Positions 37,765 through 49,565 are shown, numbered from the stretch's first letter. The stretch is DNA of 64,000 bases from Escherichia coli (GCF_003991155.1 NZ_CP031293.1); one strand, 5' to 3'. Made by a program: numbers and translations. Notes: generated from the sequence alone by a model not told the origin.

Positions 37765-38745
37765 TTAACGCTCCAGGGCCTCTGCCATTTCCCTCATCAA
37801 TGTTGCGTCTGCATCCGATAAGTTGATATTCAATGCCGCGACATTTTCGCGTACCTGTTCCGGTGCAGTAGCCCCACTAAGAATGGAGATTAAATCACTC
37901 TGTTTTAATATCCACGCCAGTGCCAGAGTGGGAATTGTGCACTGATAACGAGCACAGAGTGGCTGCCACTGTTCAAGCATATCAATCACTTTCAGCATGT
38001 TTTCACGCTGGAACCAGACTTTATTTGCCCGAGCGCCACCCGGAACGTAATCACGAGTGATGGTACCGGTCAACAATCCCTGCTCTAGCGGGGAATAAAC
38101 CTGTACCACAATGCCATTATCACGACATAGCGGCAGCAGTTCGCTTTCCAATGCCCGGTCGAGGATACTGTATTTCGCCTGAATAATATCCAGTTCACCA
38201 TATTGCAGATACTCGCGGATATGGTCAGCATCGACGTTAGCAGCGCCTATAGCGCGAATTTTTCCTTCGGCCTTTAACTCATTGAGCACTGCGACAGTTT
38301 CAGCTATCGGCGTAAAAAATGGCGGCACCGACTGCCAGTGCGTCATGTAGATATCGATGTAATCAATACCCAGACGTTGCAAGCTGGCTTCTACCTCTTC
38401 GCGGATAGATTCCGGGGAAAGGTTTTTATACAACTGCCGATCGCCAACTTTGTTGAATAAACTCCCTTTTCGTTCCCAGACAATGCCGCATTTGGTTTCT
38501 ACTACAACCTGTTCACGGGGCAGTTTTTTTAACGCCTGACCGACGATAACTTCACTATTGCCAAAGTTATATCCTGGCGCAGTATCAATCAGATTAATGC
38601 CACAACGATGGGCTTCAAGAATCGTATCAATACATATTTGCCGATCGAGATCGCCATTCCATGCAGGACCGCCGCCAATGGCCCATGTCCCCAACCCCAT
38701 TCGCGAAAGCGTAATATCCGTTGTGCCTAAAGGTATCTTTTTCAT
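37765..38745 (-). CDS. ydjG: aldo-keto reductase
   Basis: 326-aa AKR-family ORF. Confidence 0.8.
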   Translation of the reverse strand: MKKIPLGTTDITLSRMGLGTWAIGGGPAWNGDLDRQICIDTILEAHRCGINLIDTAPGYNFGNSEVIVGQALKKLPREQVVVETKCGIVWERKGSLFNKVGDRQLYKNLSPESIREEVEASLQRLGIDYIDIYMTHWQSVPPFFTPIAETVAVLNELKAEGKIRAIGAANVDADHIREYLQYGELDIIQAKYSILDRALESELLPLCRDNGIVVQVYSPLEQGLLTGTITRDYVPGGARANKVWFQRENMLKVIDMLEQWQPLCARYQCTIPTLALAWILKQSDLISILSGATAPEQVRENVAALNINLSDADATLMREMAEALER

Positions 38746-38754
38746 TTGCCTTCA

Positions 38755-39702
38755 TTATCCTTCGTATTCTTCCAGCAATTGTTCGACCAGCTTTCTGTTT
38801 TTTACGCCGGTGGTGGCACCGACGCTTAGAACCGAGATAGCCGCCGTTGCATTGGCAAAGCGTGCGCATTCACGCAGATTTTTGCCTTCTAACAGTGCCG
38901 CAATAAAACCTGAAGCAAAGTTATCGCCCGCGCCAATGGTGTCGATGGCGGTTATTCCTGCGACCGCCGGCACCTTCATCGTCATGTCACCACGCTTGAT
39001 AAAGCAGCCGTCTTTACCCGTTTTAATCACCACCGTTTTTACGCCGCACGCAAGAAAGCAGTCAGCAATTTCATCCAGTGTCTCTTTCCCGGTGAGTAAT
39101 TTTGCCTCGGCAAAATTAGGAAACAGATAATCGACATAACTCAATGCTTCGCAAATATCATCCAGCGTTTCATTCAACCGCGGTTTGATCATATCGGCAC
39201 AGATAATCATCTGCCGGGCTTTAGCTTGCGTAAAAATTTCTGTTAGCGCTTTACCATCCAATAGTGGACTGTTGAAAATACTGGCCAGTGATAATAATTT
39301 CGCCTGGGAAAACCGCGCAAAATCAACATCGTCAATATTCAATTTCCACAGACTGCCGTTACGGTTTGTGACAAACGTCCGCTCGCCATCCTCCGTCACC
39401 AGTCCAACGTTAATAGAGGTATCTATGTTGACGTCCTGCTTCAGGCTTTGAATATCAATATTCTCTTTGCGGCAATGGTCGAGAATAAATTGCCCGGCGG
39501 CATCTTTACCAATACGACTCATTAATGCTGTGCGATGGCCCAGACGAGAAATAATTGTTGCTTCATTTATTGCATCACCCCCGGTGGTCATTGCGATTCT
39601 TTCAAGAGGATAAGAATCCACATCAAAGATATTTTTACTGACCGGTTGCAATGGAATATCAACAATAGCGGCACCTATACAAATAACGTCGAGATTATCC
39701 AT
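38755..39702 (-). CDS. ydjH: PfkB/ribokinase-family sugar kinase
   Basis: Start at MDNLDVICIGAAIVD; GAGDNF motif near C-terminus; 315 aa. Confidence 0.8.
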   Translation of the reverse strand: MDNLDVICIGAAIVDIPLQPVSKNIFDVDSYPLERIAMTTGGDAINEATIISRLGHRTALMSRIGKDAAGQFILDHCRKENIDIQSLKQDVNIDTSINVGLVTEDGERTFVTNRNGSLWKLNIDDVDFARFSQAKLLSLASIFNSPLLDGKALTEIFTQAKARQMIICADMIKPRLNETLDDICEALSYVDYLFPNFAEAKLLTGKETLDEIADCFLACGVKTVVIKTGKDGCFIKRGDMTMKVPAVAGITAIDTIGAGDNFASGFIAALLEGKNLRECARFANATAAISVLSVGATTGVKNRKLVEQLLEEYEG

Positions 39703-39706
39703 ATCA

Positions 39707-40543
39707 TTATTCCGCTTTGCCATCAGAACCGAACAGTTTAATTTTTTCCAATGCCCGTTCTTTTACAGCTTTACGTACTTCACGTTCTAAATGCAGGAAA
39801 GGCTGATCCTGGTTTTCTTTCACTGCTACCATTGCGGCCTGACAGAGCTCCGTATGAATGTTGATTTTCGCAATACCCAACGAAATTGCAGTTTTAATGT
39901 CGGCATCACTGATCCCCGATGCGCCGTGCAAAACCAGCGGAACAGAAACAGCATCGCGTACGCCTTTGACGACCTCAAAGTTCAATTGTGGCTCTGACGT
40001 ATAAACCCCATGCTGGTTGCCGATGGCGACAGCCAATGAGTCACAGCCCGTACGTTCAACAAATTCAGCCGCCTGGTCAGGATCGGTATAGTGATAGCCC
40101 GCCAGCGCTTCCTCATAAACGGTTTCATTACCGACATGCCCTAATTCCGCCTCTACCGGAATACCCAGCGGATGGAAGAAATCAACAGCCTCTTTGGTTA
40201 AACGAATATTTTCTTCGAAATCAAATGCGGAAGCATCACGCATTAATGAATTCATACCATGAGTCCAGGCGTTATGAATAATTTCCATACTCCGACCATG
40301 ATCCCAATGAGTTATTACCGGCACCGTTGCTTTTTTTGCCATTGATACCATCATGTGAGAGAAATCTTCAAATGAGGTGTTCCCGACAAAACCTGTACCA
40401 AAAGAAATAATAACCGGTGATTTCGCTTCTTCGGCTGCGTCGATAACGCCCATCAACATTTCTGCATTCCATACGTTAAAATGGGCAATTGCATAATGTT
40501 TATTTGTGGCATCGTTTTCCCAATATCTGATATCTGCGAGCAT
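39707..40543 (-). CDS. ydjI: class II (metal-dependent) aldolase, FBA/tagatose-bisphosphate aldolase-like
   Basis: 278-aa ORF. Confidence 0.8.
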   Translation of the reverse strand: MLADIRYWENDATNKHYAIAHFNVWNAEMLMGVIDAAEEAKSPVIISFGTGFVGNTSFEDFSHMMVSMAKKATVPVITHWDHGRSMEIIHNAWTHGMNSLMRDASAFDFEENIRLTKEAVDFFHPLGIPVEAELGHVGNETVYEEALAGYHYTDPDQAAEFVERTGCDSLAVAIGNQHGVYTSEPQLNFEVVKGVRDAVSVPLVLHGASGISDADIKTAISLGIAKINIHTELCQAAMVAVKENQDQPFLHLEREVRKAVKERALEKIKLFGSDGKAE

Positions 40544-40563
40544 ATTCTGTTCTCCCGTATTAA

Positions 40564-41607
40564 TTAATCGCTAATTTTAATAACGCCTTTAATAATGTCG
40601 CGTTTGTTGTTAACCGACTCTTCAAATGCCTGTTGTACATCCTGATAATCGTAAATATGTGTCACCATCGATTTCACATCTAATCGCCCTGAGGAAATAG
40701 CTTCAATCGTGACCGGATAACGATTGGCATAGCGGAATACTGTCTGGATAGTGACTTCGCGATTGATTTTGAGGAAATTGATTGCCGAATCGCCCGGTAC
40801 AGTACCAACAATCATAATTTTACCGCCGCGCATTACCAGATAAGGTGCCTGTTTAACGGTGACCGCAGAACCCGCTGTTTCGAAAACAATATCTGCGCCC
40901 ATTTCTTCGGTAAATTGCTGACAGCGTGCAATAGTGTCTTCTTTTGCGCCGTTAATAACCACTGTCGCGCCGAGCTGTTCCGCCATTGTCAGACGTTTTT
41001 CCAGCACATCAACGACGGCAATATCCGTAGCTCCCAGGCATTTGCACGCTTGCAACGTCATCAAACCAATACAACCCGCTCCCAGAATAATTATCTTCTT
41101 ACCCGGTTTAACATCTGCCAGCATCGCGGCATGCATCCCGACTGCGGCAGGCTCCACCAGCGCCCCTTCCATCGTGTCCATATTGTCGGGCAGTTTGTAA
41201 GTAAAGCTCTCCGGATGACACAGATAGTGCGTTAATGCGCCGCGGTAGTTAGGTTGTGTCGCCATAAAATCAACGTCCGGGCAGATGTTATATTTGCCTT
41301 CCAGACAGTAACGACAGTGACCGCAAGGAACGCCAGGTTCGATATTTACCCGATCCCCCGCTTTAAATTTGCGCACACGGCTTCCCACAGCCACAACCGT
41401 CCCGGCGCATTCATGACCCAGGCCAATTTCTTGATTTGGGTCTTTAGGCGGAATAAACGGGCCTGATTCGAAACCATGTACATCTGAACCACAAATACCG
41501 ACATATTCCACTTTAATCAAAACTTCATCTTCTTTAGGCACAGGTATTTCTGCTGAAATAATTTTCATTGTGCCCGGCACCTGCAATATTGCTTTTGAAT
41601 TTTTCAT
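40564..41607 (-). CDS. ydjJ: Zn-dependent alcohol/polyol dehydrogenase (MDR family)
   Basis: 347-aa ORF; GHECAG zinc motif and GAGCIG Rossmann motif. Confidence 0.8.
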   Translation of the reverse strand: MKNSKAILQVPGTMKIISAEIPVPKEDEVLIKVEYVGICGSDVHGFESGPFIPPKDPNQEIGLGHECAGTVVAVGSRVRKFKAGDRVNIEPGVPCGHCRYCLEGKYNICPDVDFMATQPNYRGALTHYLCHPESFTYKLPDNMDTMEGALVEPAAVGMHAAMLADVKPGKKIIILGAGCIGLMTLQACKCLGATDIAVVDVLEKRLTMAEQLGATVVINGAKEDTIARCQQFTEEMGADIVFETAGSAVTVKQAPYLVMRGGKIMIVGTVPGDSAINFLKINREVTIQTVFRYANRYPVTIEAISSGRLDVKSMVTHIYDYQDVQQAFEESVNNKRDIIKGVIKISD

Positions 41608-41623
41608 TTTGAATCCACCAGTA

Positions 41624-43003
41624 TTATTTATTGACTACTGCATCAATACTTAAACTTTCAACGGAGACACCTTTCGTTTCAATTCCAATGGTGGTGATAG
41701 CAATTGCGACAATAATTGAAACAGCCCCCAGAAGAATAAAGACTCCCGTTACGCCATAACTACTGAGCAGCACTGCAACGGCATAAGGTGCGGCAATACC
41801 ACTGATTCGCCCTACCGCATTCGCCAGACCGGAGCCACGTAATTTGGCCTCTGTCGGCCAGATTTCAGGGACATACACTGCCGAGGCATAGCAAACGTAC
41901 ATATAGACGAAAGTAATCAGGAAGAAACCAATCAGCGTTATGAGCAACATACTGGTTTGCAGTGAATAGATATATCCGAGCACCGCAATCAGGATTAATA
42001 GCCCCACACCCATTGTTTTACGCGGAATTTTATCCATCACCAGCATGGCAATAAATATACCAAATGGCGCACCAAACATACTCATGGTATTTAAAACAAT
42101 CGAGTCTTTTAAATTAATCCCCTGGGTCATGAATATTGTTGGCAACCAGTTAATTAGTGTGTACTGCACAACGTTCATGGCAATCAGCACACAAGAACCT
42201 AATATCACGCGTTTCAGTAATACTCCTGTCAGTAAGGCTGAATACGGCACCGCTTGTGGCGCTTTACCGTCATCAGCAATAACCACGGGCGGCAAAGGTT
42301 TTCCCGTCTGGCGTATGACGCCTTCTTCTATACTCCGCATGACTTTCTCGGCTTCCTGATACCGTCCGCGCGATTCCAGCCAGCGCGGGGATTCAGGAAA
42401 GTAGCGCCAGGCCAGCGCCGTAGCGATAAGCGACAATATTGCAGGGATAAGCAGTTGTACTCGCCAGTTCCACTCTGCACTAATCAGCGGCGTGAGTCCC
42501 ATCGCAATCAATGAACAGAGCGGATATGACCAGTTGCCAATAAAAGAAACCCGACTGGACCACGTTCCGCGATTTCTACCGGGCATATATTCGGTGAAAC
42601 CAGCAAACAGCGTCACCAGTAAAGCTCCCAGCCCAACGCCCATCACAAAACGGCAGGCAATAAGGAAATCCATATTCGGTGAAAAAGCACCGACCACCAT
42701 CGAGGCAATATGAATGGCCTCATAGAGGATGAACGCATTTCTGCGACCGGTTTTGTCACCGATGATGCCGCCAACCAGCGCACCGAGAAACATTCCGGCG
42801 GTCGTGATTGCTGAGAATGTGGCAGTGGTGGAATTATCTGTCCAGCCCAACGCTTTCAGCTGCGCGAGGATCAAGCCACCAACGGCATTACTCCAGCAGA
42901 CAAGCAAGCCAAACGCGACGATAGCAAACATTGACGAATGCCAGCGGCAATCCGGTAAGCGATCCAGCCGAGCACCACAATGCGGTTTTGTTATCTGTTC
43001 CAT
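41624..43003 (-). CDS. ydjK: MFS transporter
   Basis: 459-aa polytopic membrane protein, paralogous to ydjE. Confidence 0.8.
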   Translation of the reverse strand: MEQITKPHCGARLDRLPDCRWHSSMFAIVAFGLLVCWSNAVGGLILAQLKALGWTDNSTTATFSAITTAGMFLGALVGGIIGDKTGRRNAFILYEAIHIASMVVGAFSPNMDFLIACRFVMGVGLGALLVTLFAGFTEYMPGRNRGTWSSRVSFIGNWSYPLCSLIAMGLTPLISAEWNWRVQLLIPAILSLIATALAWRYFPESPRWLESRGRYQEAEKVMRSIEEGVIRQTGKPLPPVVIADDGKAPQAVPYSALLTGVLLKRVILGSCVLIAMNVVQYTLINWLPTIFMTQGINLKDSIVLNTMSMFGAPFGIFIAMLVMDKIPRKTMGVGLLILIAVLGYIYSLQTSMLLITLIGFFLITFVYMYVCYASAVYVPEIWPTEAKLRGSGLANAVGRISGIAAPYAVAVLLSSYGVTGVFILLGAVSIIVAIAITTIGIETKGVSVESLSIDAVVNK

Positions 43004-43029
43004 GCGATAACGCTCCTTCAGGAGAGTAG

Positions 43030-44106
43030 TTATTCATCAAAGTCGTAAGTCATGATCACTTTGATTGCGGTTTTATCGACCATCGCATCAAACCCTTCGC
43101 GCCATTGCGACAGGCCGATACGATGCGTGATCATCGGTTTGACTTTGATAGCGCCGCTGGCTAATAGCCTGATAGCGTTACGCCATGAGGTGGAGTCATA
43201 GGCCATATGCCCAATGATGCTTTTGTTCCAGGCGGTAATGTCATTAATCGAGAAATCAAGAGGTTTGAAGCCCATTCCAACGCGTACCACTTCCCCATTC
43301 GGGCGGAGCATTTCGATGGCTTGTTTCAATGCGATATTGGCACCGGAGCATTCAATCACCAGTCCCAGATTGTCTTTGCCACAAATTTGCTGGCAGCGCG
43401 CCACCACATCTTCGGTAGAACCATTTACTACTGCCGTCGCACCCAGTTCTTTTGCAACCGGGAAGCGGACCGCCACATCTTCTTGTAGACCAACGACGAC
43501 GATATTTACCGCCCCCATAATCCGCGCCATTTGTACGGAGAACAGCCCGAGTGGGCCAGTACCGATGACGACCACATCCTGACCAGGGAGGAATTTCGAT
43601 TGCTGCGCTATGGATTTGTAGGCATTACAGATAGGGTCAAGTACGGCTGCGTCCTCATAATCAACACCATCAGGGATTTCCCACAACGCATGACGATGAA
43701 TTTTGAGAATTTCACCAGGAACCAGACAATATTTGGAAAAACCACCGCCCCAGGTATTGTTATCCAGACCAAGGTTTACTTTTTCTGTACAACACAGAAA
43801 ATCACCTTGTTCACAGGCCGGACAAACGCCGCAGACGTGACCGCTGTTATCTGACACGACGCGTTGCCCCACTTTCCAGTCTTTGACTTTTTCACCAACC
43901 TGCGCAATACAACCTGCGAACTCATGGCCGCGGATAGAGTTAAACTCATCAGAACCGCTATCGACATTGTAGTGCTTCATGTCTGCGCCGCAGATTGCCG
44001 CGGCTTTAATTTCAATCACGACATCTTCCGGGCCACAAATGGGTTGTGGCACATCGATCATCTTGTAGCCGCCAAAGGCTTTGCCAAACCGAGCCAGTGC
44101 TTTCAT
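43030..44106 (-). CDS. ydjL: Zn-dependent alcohol/polyol dehydrogenase (MDR family)
   Basis: 358-aa ORF; GHEFAG zinc motif. Confidence 0.8.
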   Translation of the reverse strand: MKALARFGKAFGGYKMIDVPQPICGPEDVVIEIKAAAICGADMKHYNVDSGSDEFNSIRGHEFAGCIAQVGEKVKDWKVGQRVVSDNSGHVCGVCPACEQGDFLCCTEKVNLGLDNNTWGGGFSKYCLVPGEILKIHRHALWEIPDGVDYEDAAVLDPICNAYKSIAQQSKFLPGQDVVVIGTGPLGLFSVQMARIMGAVNIVVVGLQEDVAVRFPVAKELGATAVVNGSTEDVVARCQQICGKDNLGLVIECSGANIALKQAIEMLRPNGEVVRVGMGFKPLDFSINDITAWNKSIIGHMAYDSTSWRNAIRLLASGAIKVKPMITHRIGLSQWREGFDAMVDKTAIKVIMTYDFDE

Positions 44107-44475
44107 TGCGTCATCCTCTGTATTTTGTTTTGCTTAGATGGTCATCATACTTACCCACATGATTTTTGAGGTCAACATTAAATCTGTAAAACACAGATAA
44201 TGATCTGCGTTTTACAACTCAGATCACAATTACGCAGAAAATGGCTGGATCTGTTACAGGTTGATGGAAGGCGGAACGCAAAATGAGCAAATTTGAGAGG
44301 GATTACCGGCCAAATAGGTCTGAGACTTAAGTTCAGGAGAAGTCATTCAGGCGTGAACGCGACTGCAAGAGACCGGACTGGGGCTTTGCCTGGTCGTGAC
44401 GAGATAATTGAGATGAGTCGTGGGGTTATTGTTGGCTATCCCCTTTATAACCGCGGCAAAAAGGGGACAAACCAC

Positions 44476-44748
44476 TTACTTAAACATGGCAATTGGCTTT
44501 GCTGAGATACCAAAATCTTCTTTTAACTGTTGTTTGCTCTTCATGACCATCTGACCATTTGTGTCAATTGTCATATGCTGTGCTTCGGTATTATGGCGGG
44601 CTTGCCACAGCATCACCAGTTGCAGGCAGTTCTCTTTTTGTTCCTCGGTCAACGTAACGCCATCAGGCCATTTCCCCAGTTCAACGGCTGTCGACAAACG
44701 CTGGTATACCTCAGGCGTCATGCTGTTGATAATGTCATCAAGATTCAT
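44476..44748 (-). CDS. yeaC: DUF1315 protein
   Basis: Start at MNLDDIINSMTPEVYQRL, 90 aa. Confidence 0.75.
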   Translation of the reverse strand: MNLDDIINSMTPEVYQRLSTAVELGKWPDGVTLTEEQKENCLQLVMLWQARHNTEAQHMTIDTNGQMVMKSKQQLKEDFGISAKPIAMFK

Positions 44749-44789
44749 AATTTTTCCGCTCCTGTGGAATAAGTTGCTGAATCGTTTTT

Positions 44790-45203
44790 TCAACCGTTGA
44801 TTTCTTCGCCGTTTTCGCCATCGGTAAAGCGTAAAGAGGCTGAGTTAACACAATAACGTTCACCCGTTGGCTGCGGCCCGTCGGGGAAGACATGCCCCAG
44901 ATGGGCATCACAGTTACCGCAACGAATTTCTATGCGCTGCATCCCATGTGACAAGTCTTTGATATAACGAATGGATTCTTCACTCACCGGTTCGTAGAAA
45001 CTGGGCCAGCCACAGCCGGAATCATACTTGGTTTGGGAATGAAACAGCGGGGCATCGCAGATCAAACAGTGATATACGCCGTCACGCTTGTTATGCAGTA
45101 AACGACCCGTAAATGGCGGCTCTGTCCCATGATTCTGCGTCACGTAGAACTGCATCTCGGACAAATTTTTTTTCAGTTCTTCTGCCGAAGGTTTATTAGC
45201 CAT
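44790..45203 (-). CDS. msrB: peptide methionine-(R)-sulfoxide reductase
   Basis: Start at [14 protein letters not shown]; zinc CxxC pairs and catalytic RYCVNSASL; 137 aa. Confidence 0.9.
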
Positions 45204-45532
45204 TTGCTCACATCTCACTTTAATCGTGCTCACATTACGTGACTGATTCTAACAAAACATTAACACCAACTGGCAAAATTTTGTCCTAAACTTGATCTCG
45301 ACGAAATGGCTGCACCTAAATCGTGATGAAAATCACATTTTTATCGTAATTGCCCTTTAAAATTCGGGACGCCGACCCCATGTGGTCTCAAGCCCAAAGG
45401 AAGAGTGAGGCGAGTCAGTCGCGTAATGCTTAGGCACAGGATTGATTTGTCGCAATGATTGACACGATTCCGCTTGACGCTGCGTAAGGTTTTTGTAATT
45501 TTACAGGCAACCTTTTATTCACTAACAAATAG

Positions 45533-46540
<1,008 letters not shown>

Positions 46541-46561
46541 GTTGAGATGACACTGTGATCT

Positions 46562-46592
46562 AAAAAGAGCGACTTCGGTCGCTCTTTTTTTT
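46562..46592 (+). terminator. rho-independent terminator after gapA (AAAGAGCGAC-TTCG-GTCGCTCTTT plus T-run)
   Basis: 10-bp stem with tetraloop and T8. Confidence 0.85.
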
Positions 46593-46623
46593 ACCTGATA
46601 AAATGAAGTTAAAGGACTGCGTC

Positions 46624-47508
46624 ATGATTAAGAAAATTTTTGCCCTTCCGGTCATCGAACAAATCTCCCCTGTCCTCTCCCGTCGTAAACTGGATGAACT
46701 GGACCTCATTGTGGTCGATCATCCCCAGGTAAAAGCCTCTTTTGCATTACAGGGCGCACACCTTCTCTCATGGAAACCTGCGGGTGAAGAAGAAGTTCTG
46801 TGGTTGAGCAATAACACACCGTTCAAAAATGGCGTCGCTATTCGCGGTGGCGTACCGGTTTGCTGGCCGTGGTTTGGTCCGGCTGCACAACAAGGTCTGC
46901 CTGCGCACGGTTTTGCCCGCAACCTGCCGTGGACGCTGAAATCACATCGTGAAGATGCTGATGGCGTAGCGCTGACTTTTGAATTGACACAAAGCGAAGA
47001 GACGAAAAAATTCTGGCCACACGACTTTACGCTATTAGCGCATTTCCGCGTGGGTAAAGCCTGTGAAATCGATCTTGAAGCACACGGCGAATTTGAAACC
47101 ACCTCTGCCCTGCATACCTACTTTAACGTGGGTGATATCACTAAGGTAAGCGTCAGTGGACTGGGCGATCGCTTCATTGATAAAGTGAATGACGCGAAAG
47201 AAGATGTACTGACCGACGGTATTCAGACCTTCCCTGACCGTACCGATCGCGTGTATCTGAATCCGCAAGATTGCAGCGTAATTAATGACGAAGCGCTGAA
47301 TCGTATTATCGCCGTAGGCCACCAGCATCATCTGAACGTTGTAGGCTGGAACCCAGGACCGGCGCTTTCAGTTAGCATGGGCGATATGCCGGATGATGGC
47401 TACAAGACCTTTGTTTGTGTAGAAACAGCTTACGCCTCAGAAACGCAAAAAGTCACCAAAGAGAAACCTGCACATCTGGCGCAATCCATTCGCGTTGCGA
47501 AACGTTAA
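46624..47508 (+). CDS. yeaD: glucose-6-phosphate 1-epimerase (aldose 1-epimerase family)
   Basis: Start at MIKKIFALPVIEQ, 294 aa. Confidence 0.85.
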   Translation: MIKKIFALPVIEQISPVLSRRKLDELDLIVVDHPQVKASFALQGAHLLSWKPAGEEEVLWLSNNTPFKNGVAIRGGVPVCWPWFGPAAQQGLPAHGFARNLPWTLKSHREDADGVALTFELTQSEETKKFWPHDFTLLAHFRVGKACEIDLEAHGEFETTSALHTYFNVGDITKVSVSGLGDRFIDKVNDAKEDVLTDGIQTFPDRTDRVYLNPQDCSVINDEALNRIIAVGHQHHLNVVGWNPGPALSVSMGDMPDDGYKTFVCVETAYASETQKVTKEKPAHLAQSIRVAKR

Positions 47509-47522
47509 TTTGCGTTAATGTT

Positions 47523-47546
47523 GTGTGCCGGGTGCGATGCATCCGG
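47523..47546. repeat. REP-like palindrome (GTGCCGG-GTGCGATGCA-TCCGGCAC)
   Basis: Inverted repeat between yeaD and yeaE. Confidence 0.45.
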
Positions 47547-47558
47547 CACGTATCAACA

Positions 47559-48413
47559 TCACACCATATCCAGCGCAGTTTTTCCTTTTGGTGCCGGATA
47601 TGCCTTATCCAGCATAGCTAATTCCGCTGATGAAAGTTCGACCTCAAGCACAGCCGCATTTTGTTGGACATGGGCAATCGTGGCCGCTTTTGGAATCGCC
47701 ATCACACCCTGATGACTGATCACCCACGCCAACAATACTTGTGCCGCGCTGATATTGTGAGCATGTGCAATTTCGTTGACTACCGCGTTTTTTAACAGCC
47801 CATTGCGCAACCGCCCGGCCTGGGCTAACGGACTGTAAGCCATCACCGGCATCTGCTGTTTCTGGCACCAGGGAAGTAGATCGTACTCAATCCCTCGTGA
47901 ACCGAGATGGTAAAGCACCTGATTAGTGGCACACTGATTCCCCCCCGGCAGCTGCCAGAGTTCCTGCATATCGGCATAATCAAGGTTAGAAACGCCCCAG
48001 CGGCGGATTTTTCCCTGGGCGATCAATTTTTCCATCGCTGCGACAGTCTCTTCAAAAGCGAAACTGCCAGACCAGTGTAATAAGTAGAGATCGAGATAAT
48101 CAGTATTGAGACGGCGTAAACTGGCTTCGCATGCATTTATCGCTTTTTGCCCGCCAGCATTCCACGGATAAACTTTAGAGACGAGAAAGACGTTCTCACG
48201 CAGGCCGGTTAATGCTTCCCCAACCACCATTTCGGCACCGCCATCGGCATACATTTCGGCGGTATCAATGAGGGTTAAACCGAGTTCAATGCCCGCGCGT
48301 AGTGCAGCAACTTCTGTTTTACGCTGACTGGCATCTTCGCCCATATACCATGTTCCCTGCCCTATGGCTGGCAGTGAGACATCGCCACTAAATTGAATCA
48401 TTTTTTGTTGCAT
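47559..48413 (-). CDS. yeaE: aldo-keto reductase
   Basis: Start at MQQKMIQFSGDVSLPAIGQGTW, 284 aa. Confidence 0.85.
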   Translation of the reverse strand: MQQKMIQFSGDVSLPAIGQGTWYMGEDASQRKTEVAALRAGIELGLTLIDTAEMYADGGAEMVVGEALTGLRENVFLVSKVYPWNAGGQKAINACEASLRRLNTDYLDLYLLHWSGSFAFEETVAAMEKLIAQGKIRRWGVSNLDYADMQELWQLPGGNQCATNQVLYHLGSRGIEYDLLPWCQKQQMPVMAYSPLAQAGRLRNGLLKNAVVNEIAHAHNISAAQVLLAWVISHQGVMAIPKAATIAHVQQNAAVLEVELSSAELAMLDKAYPAPKGKTALDMV

Positions 48414-48446
48414 TGTTTCCTCCCAGGTATTGCACCACCGTAATGC

Positions 48447-48472
48447 AAAACAGGGCATGACGCCCTGTTTTT
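48447..48472 (-). terminator. bidirectional hairpin terminator after mipA (AAAACAGGGC-ATGAC-GCCCTGTTTT)
   Basis: Stem flanked by A-run and T-run. Confidence 0.7.
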
Positions 48473-48502
48473 ATGCACAAAATGCCCTGGAAAGATGCAT
48501 TA

Positions 48503-49249
48503 TCAGAATTTGTAGGTGATCCCGGTAGAAATCAGGCCAGTCCAGGATTTATCCACCATTGGGCTGTCAGTAACTTCATCAGACAGACGGGTGTAGCGCG
48601 CGGTACCGTAAACACTCCAGTCGCCGAGGAAGTTGTAGCTGGCGCTCAGCTCCAGGTAAGGGCTCCAGCTGTCGTTCGGGTTATAGCCACGCAGACCGCT
48701 GCGAGCGGACTCTTTGCGCGATACGCCATAATAGTATTCGTTCTGGTTTTCGCTGTTCCACTGCACACCAATACCCGGAGTCACGGTCAGGCCGCCGTTG
48801 GTGTAACGATACAACCAGGCCATATCCCAGACAATGCCGTTGCTGTTATCCAGGGTATCGCCAGCCAGGGTGGTACGCAGGTAACCGTACTGGGTAAAGT
48901 GAGCATAAGACAGACCAGCCATCATGGTGCTCTTACGGTCATCCAGGTGACGCATTTGGTGATCGCCACTGTCTTTAGCTTTGAAGTAAAGCGGCGACCA
49001 GTAAGCGGTAATTGAAAGTTTGTCCGTTGCGTCATTCCACAGGTAGTAACCACCACCTAAGCCACGGAACCAGAAGTTATCGCCTTCATAGTTGATTACC
49101 GGTACTGGGTAAACATCGGTATCGTAATCTTTATATGGGTGTTCAACGACACCTACGCCTGCGCCCAGGGAAAATTTACCTTCAGCGTGCGCTACGCCTG
49201 CAGACGTTGCGATAAGCACTCCAAGTGCCAGAAGTTTGAGTTTGGTCAC
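48503..49249 (-). CDS. mipA: MltA-interacting outer membrane protein
   Basis: 248-aa ORF with signal peptide and C-terminal aromatic residue (TYKF), OmpV/MipA family. Confidence 0.9.
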   Translation of the reverse strand: MTKLKLLALGVLIATSAGVAHAEGKFSLGAGVGVVEHPYKDYDTDVYPVPVINYEGDNFWFRGLGGGYYLWNDATDKLSITAYWSPLYFKAKDSGDHQMRHLDDRKSTMMAGLSYAHFTQYGYLRTTLAGDTLDNSNGIVWDMAWLYRYTNGGLTVTPGIGVQWNSENQNEYYYGVSRKESARSGLRGYNPNDSWSPYLELSASYNFLGDWSVYGTARYTRLSDEVTDSPMVDKSWTGLISTGITYKF

Positions 49250-49565
49250 AATTAATCATTCCTTAAACAAATGTTTAGCGGGCGACAAAGTTTACCCGTC
49301 AATACATCGAAACCCAACCTTTTTACGTTTTCATTTTTTAAAGTAACTGTTTAATTTTCCTGACGCAGATGACACCACGCTTACAGCCAAATGAATTTAG
49401 CGTTACCGGCGACCCTATTGTTTACATTAATTATGCAAAATTTATGGATGAGTTGTTGATATGCCATTGAAATTAAGAAAGCCGTGCAGGCAAGTTTTCC
49501 ATTTGCCATCTACGCTTAATTTTGAAGGTGTATCACCGGGCACGTTGTTCTCATCGTCAATAAAA

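Noticed and set aside
38558-39130. 190-aa plus-strand ORF
   Set aside because: Antisense across the ydjG/ydjH junction.
44293-44505. 70-aa plus-strand ORF between ydjL and yeaC
   Set aside because: No ribosome-binding site, overlaps the yeaC 3' end and the ydjL promoter region; judged spurious.
48473-49015. 180-aa plus-strand ORF
   Set aside because: Antisense to mipA; no independent support.
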